From: Clostridium sp. 27_14
Lineage (GTDB): Bacteria; Bacillota; Clostridia; TANB77; CAG-508
Length of the DNA: 16,900 nucleotides
Direction of reading: 5' to 3'
NCBI GenBank assembly: GCA_001916035.1
Contig: MNRQ01000021.1
Location: 40,319-57,218 of the forward strand
Both the position numbers and the translations under genes were made by a program. Numbering within the stretch: the stretch's first letter is position 1; each line of letters starts with the position of its first letter. The notes below the pieces were generated by a model. That model worked only from the letters and a program-made list of their open reading frames with translations. It searched no databases and was not told the DNA's origin. Below, one piece after another: positions 16,445-16,900 of this stretch.

Positions 16445-16801
16445 TTAACTAATAAGAGACTTAATAGCAGAAAGTATTAAATCTATAGCAAGTATGAAAG
16501 CGTAAGAAAATAATGACCCTTTAATAATTTTTTTGCCCATTCTAATTCTTTCCTCATCACCAAAACTAAACTTCTTCATAAATACTCCAGTTCCGACTGC
16601 AACAGCAGCTGCAGGAGTAGAAATTTTTAATAACCAACCCTCAATTGTTTCAAAAGCAGAATTAATTTTACTGATTAATTTGGGATCACCTAAAGCAGCA
16701 TAAATTTCTGTAAAATAAAATATAAAAATTAATGTTAAAAGAAAAGTAAAAATTAATAAGAATAATTTTTTTTGTCTTTTTAAAAATTTAATATTATCCA
16801 T
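16445..16801 (-). CDS. Small membrane protein, VirB2/TrbC-like (pilin-like) or Maff2-like
   Basis: The protein is 118 aa. It has an N-terminal signal-like TM with a possible cleavage at IYA/ALGDP, followed by two further hydrophobic helices (STPAAAVAVGTGVF, LFSYAFILAIDLILSAI). It is the first gene of the - strand T4SS operon. RBS is aaggagg, 4 nt, ATG. Confidence 0.5.
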   Translation of the reverse strand: MDNIKFLKRQKKLFLLIFTFLLTLIFIFYFTEIYAALGDPKLISKINSAFETIEGWLLKISTPAAAVAVGTGVFMKKFSFGDEERIRMGKKIIKGSLFSYAFILAIDLILSAIKSLIS

Positions 16802-16819
16802 AAAACCTCCTTAAAAAAA

Positions 16820-16900
16820 TAATAATAAAAAAAATAATAATAAAAAAATAATAATAAAAAAATAATAATAAAAAAATAATAATAAAAAAATAATAATAAA
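16820..16900. repeat. 14-bp tandem repeat TAATAATAAAAAAA, at least 6 units, truncated by the window end
   Basis: Unit starts lie at 16820, 16835, 16849, 16863, 16877 and 16891 (spacings 15, 14, 14, 14, 14). The array begins immediately upstream of the - strand operon start at 16801. Confidence 0.85.

Noticed and set aside
16794-16802. DnaA-box-like TTATCCATA over the start codon of the VirB2-like gene
   Set aside because: It is a single isolated 8/9 match created by the ATGGATAAT (Met-Asp-Asn) coding sequence, and is most likely chance.
16820-16900. Possible CRISPR array
   Set aside because: The units are 14 bp and directly abutting with no spacers. This is a simple minisatellite.
1-16900. 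Alternative genetic code (e.g. Mollicutes code 4), considered because of the extreme AT content
   Set aside because: Trp is encoded by TGG in conserved positions of GyrB and RecF. The dnaD-like gene ends at a TGA that fits the overlap with the next start. All conserved proteins are full length under code 11.

Overview
This window looks like an origin-proximal chromosomal segment from a very AT-rich Firmicutes/Clostridia-like bacterium. GC is roughly 20% by eye. The code is standard: TGG encodes Trp, and TAA, TAG and TGA all serve as stops. The + strand carries recF, gyrB and gyrA, but the usual synteny is broken in three ways. (1) The ~1.39 kb upstream of recF holds no dnaN. It is a non-coding, almost pure-A tandem array of four ~300-335 bp units, each carrying a DnaA-box-like TGTGGAAAA motif. 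A perfect DnaA box also sits on the recF start codon. (2) gyrB and gyrA are separated by ~5.9 kb. This insert holds an orphan non-coding stretch with its own minus-strand terminator, a canonical promoter, a Gram-positive VirB4-type (TcpF/Tn916 Orf16-like) conjugation ATPase split into two ORFs by a decayed ~280 nt linker, a Lys-rich pseudo-receiver/degenerate ParA-MinD-like protein, and a 238 aa unknown. (3) Convergent with gyrA on the - strand lies a DnaD-domain gene followed by a DnaI/DnaC-type helicase-loader gene, which is frameshifted inside its Walker A codons. Upstream of these in the same orientation are the three small membrane components that normally precede VirB4: VirB2/TrbC-like, VirB6/TrbL-like and PrgI/VirB3-like. 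The type IV secretion cluster is therefore split into two convergent halves around housekeeping replication genes. No relaxase, coupling protein, hydrolase or integrase is present in the window. Other points: GyrB has Trp at the conserved basic QRDR position. A 12-bp inverted repeat can sequester the dnaD-like RBS and has a canonical promoter inside its loop. A 14-bp tandem repeat runs off the right edge. Functional calls rest on motif and architecture recognition by eye, not on database searches.
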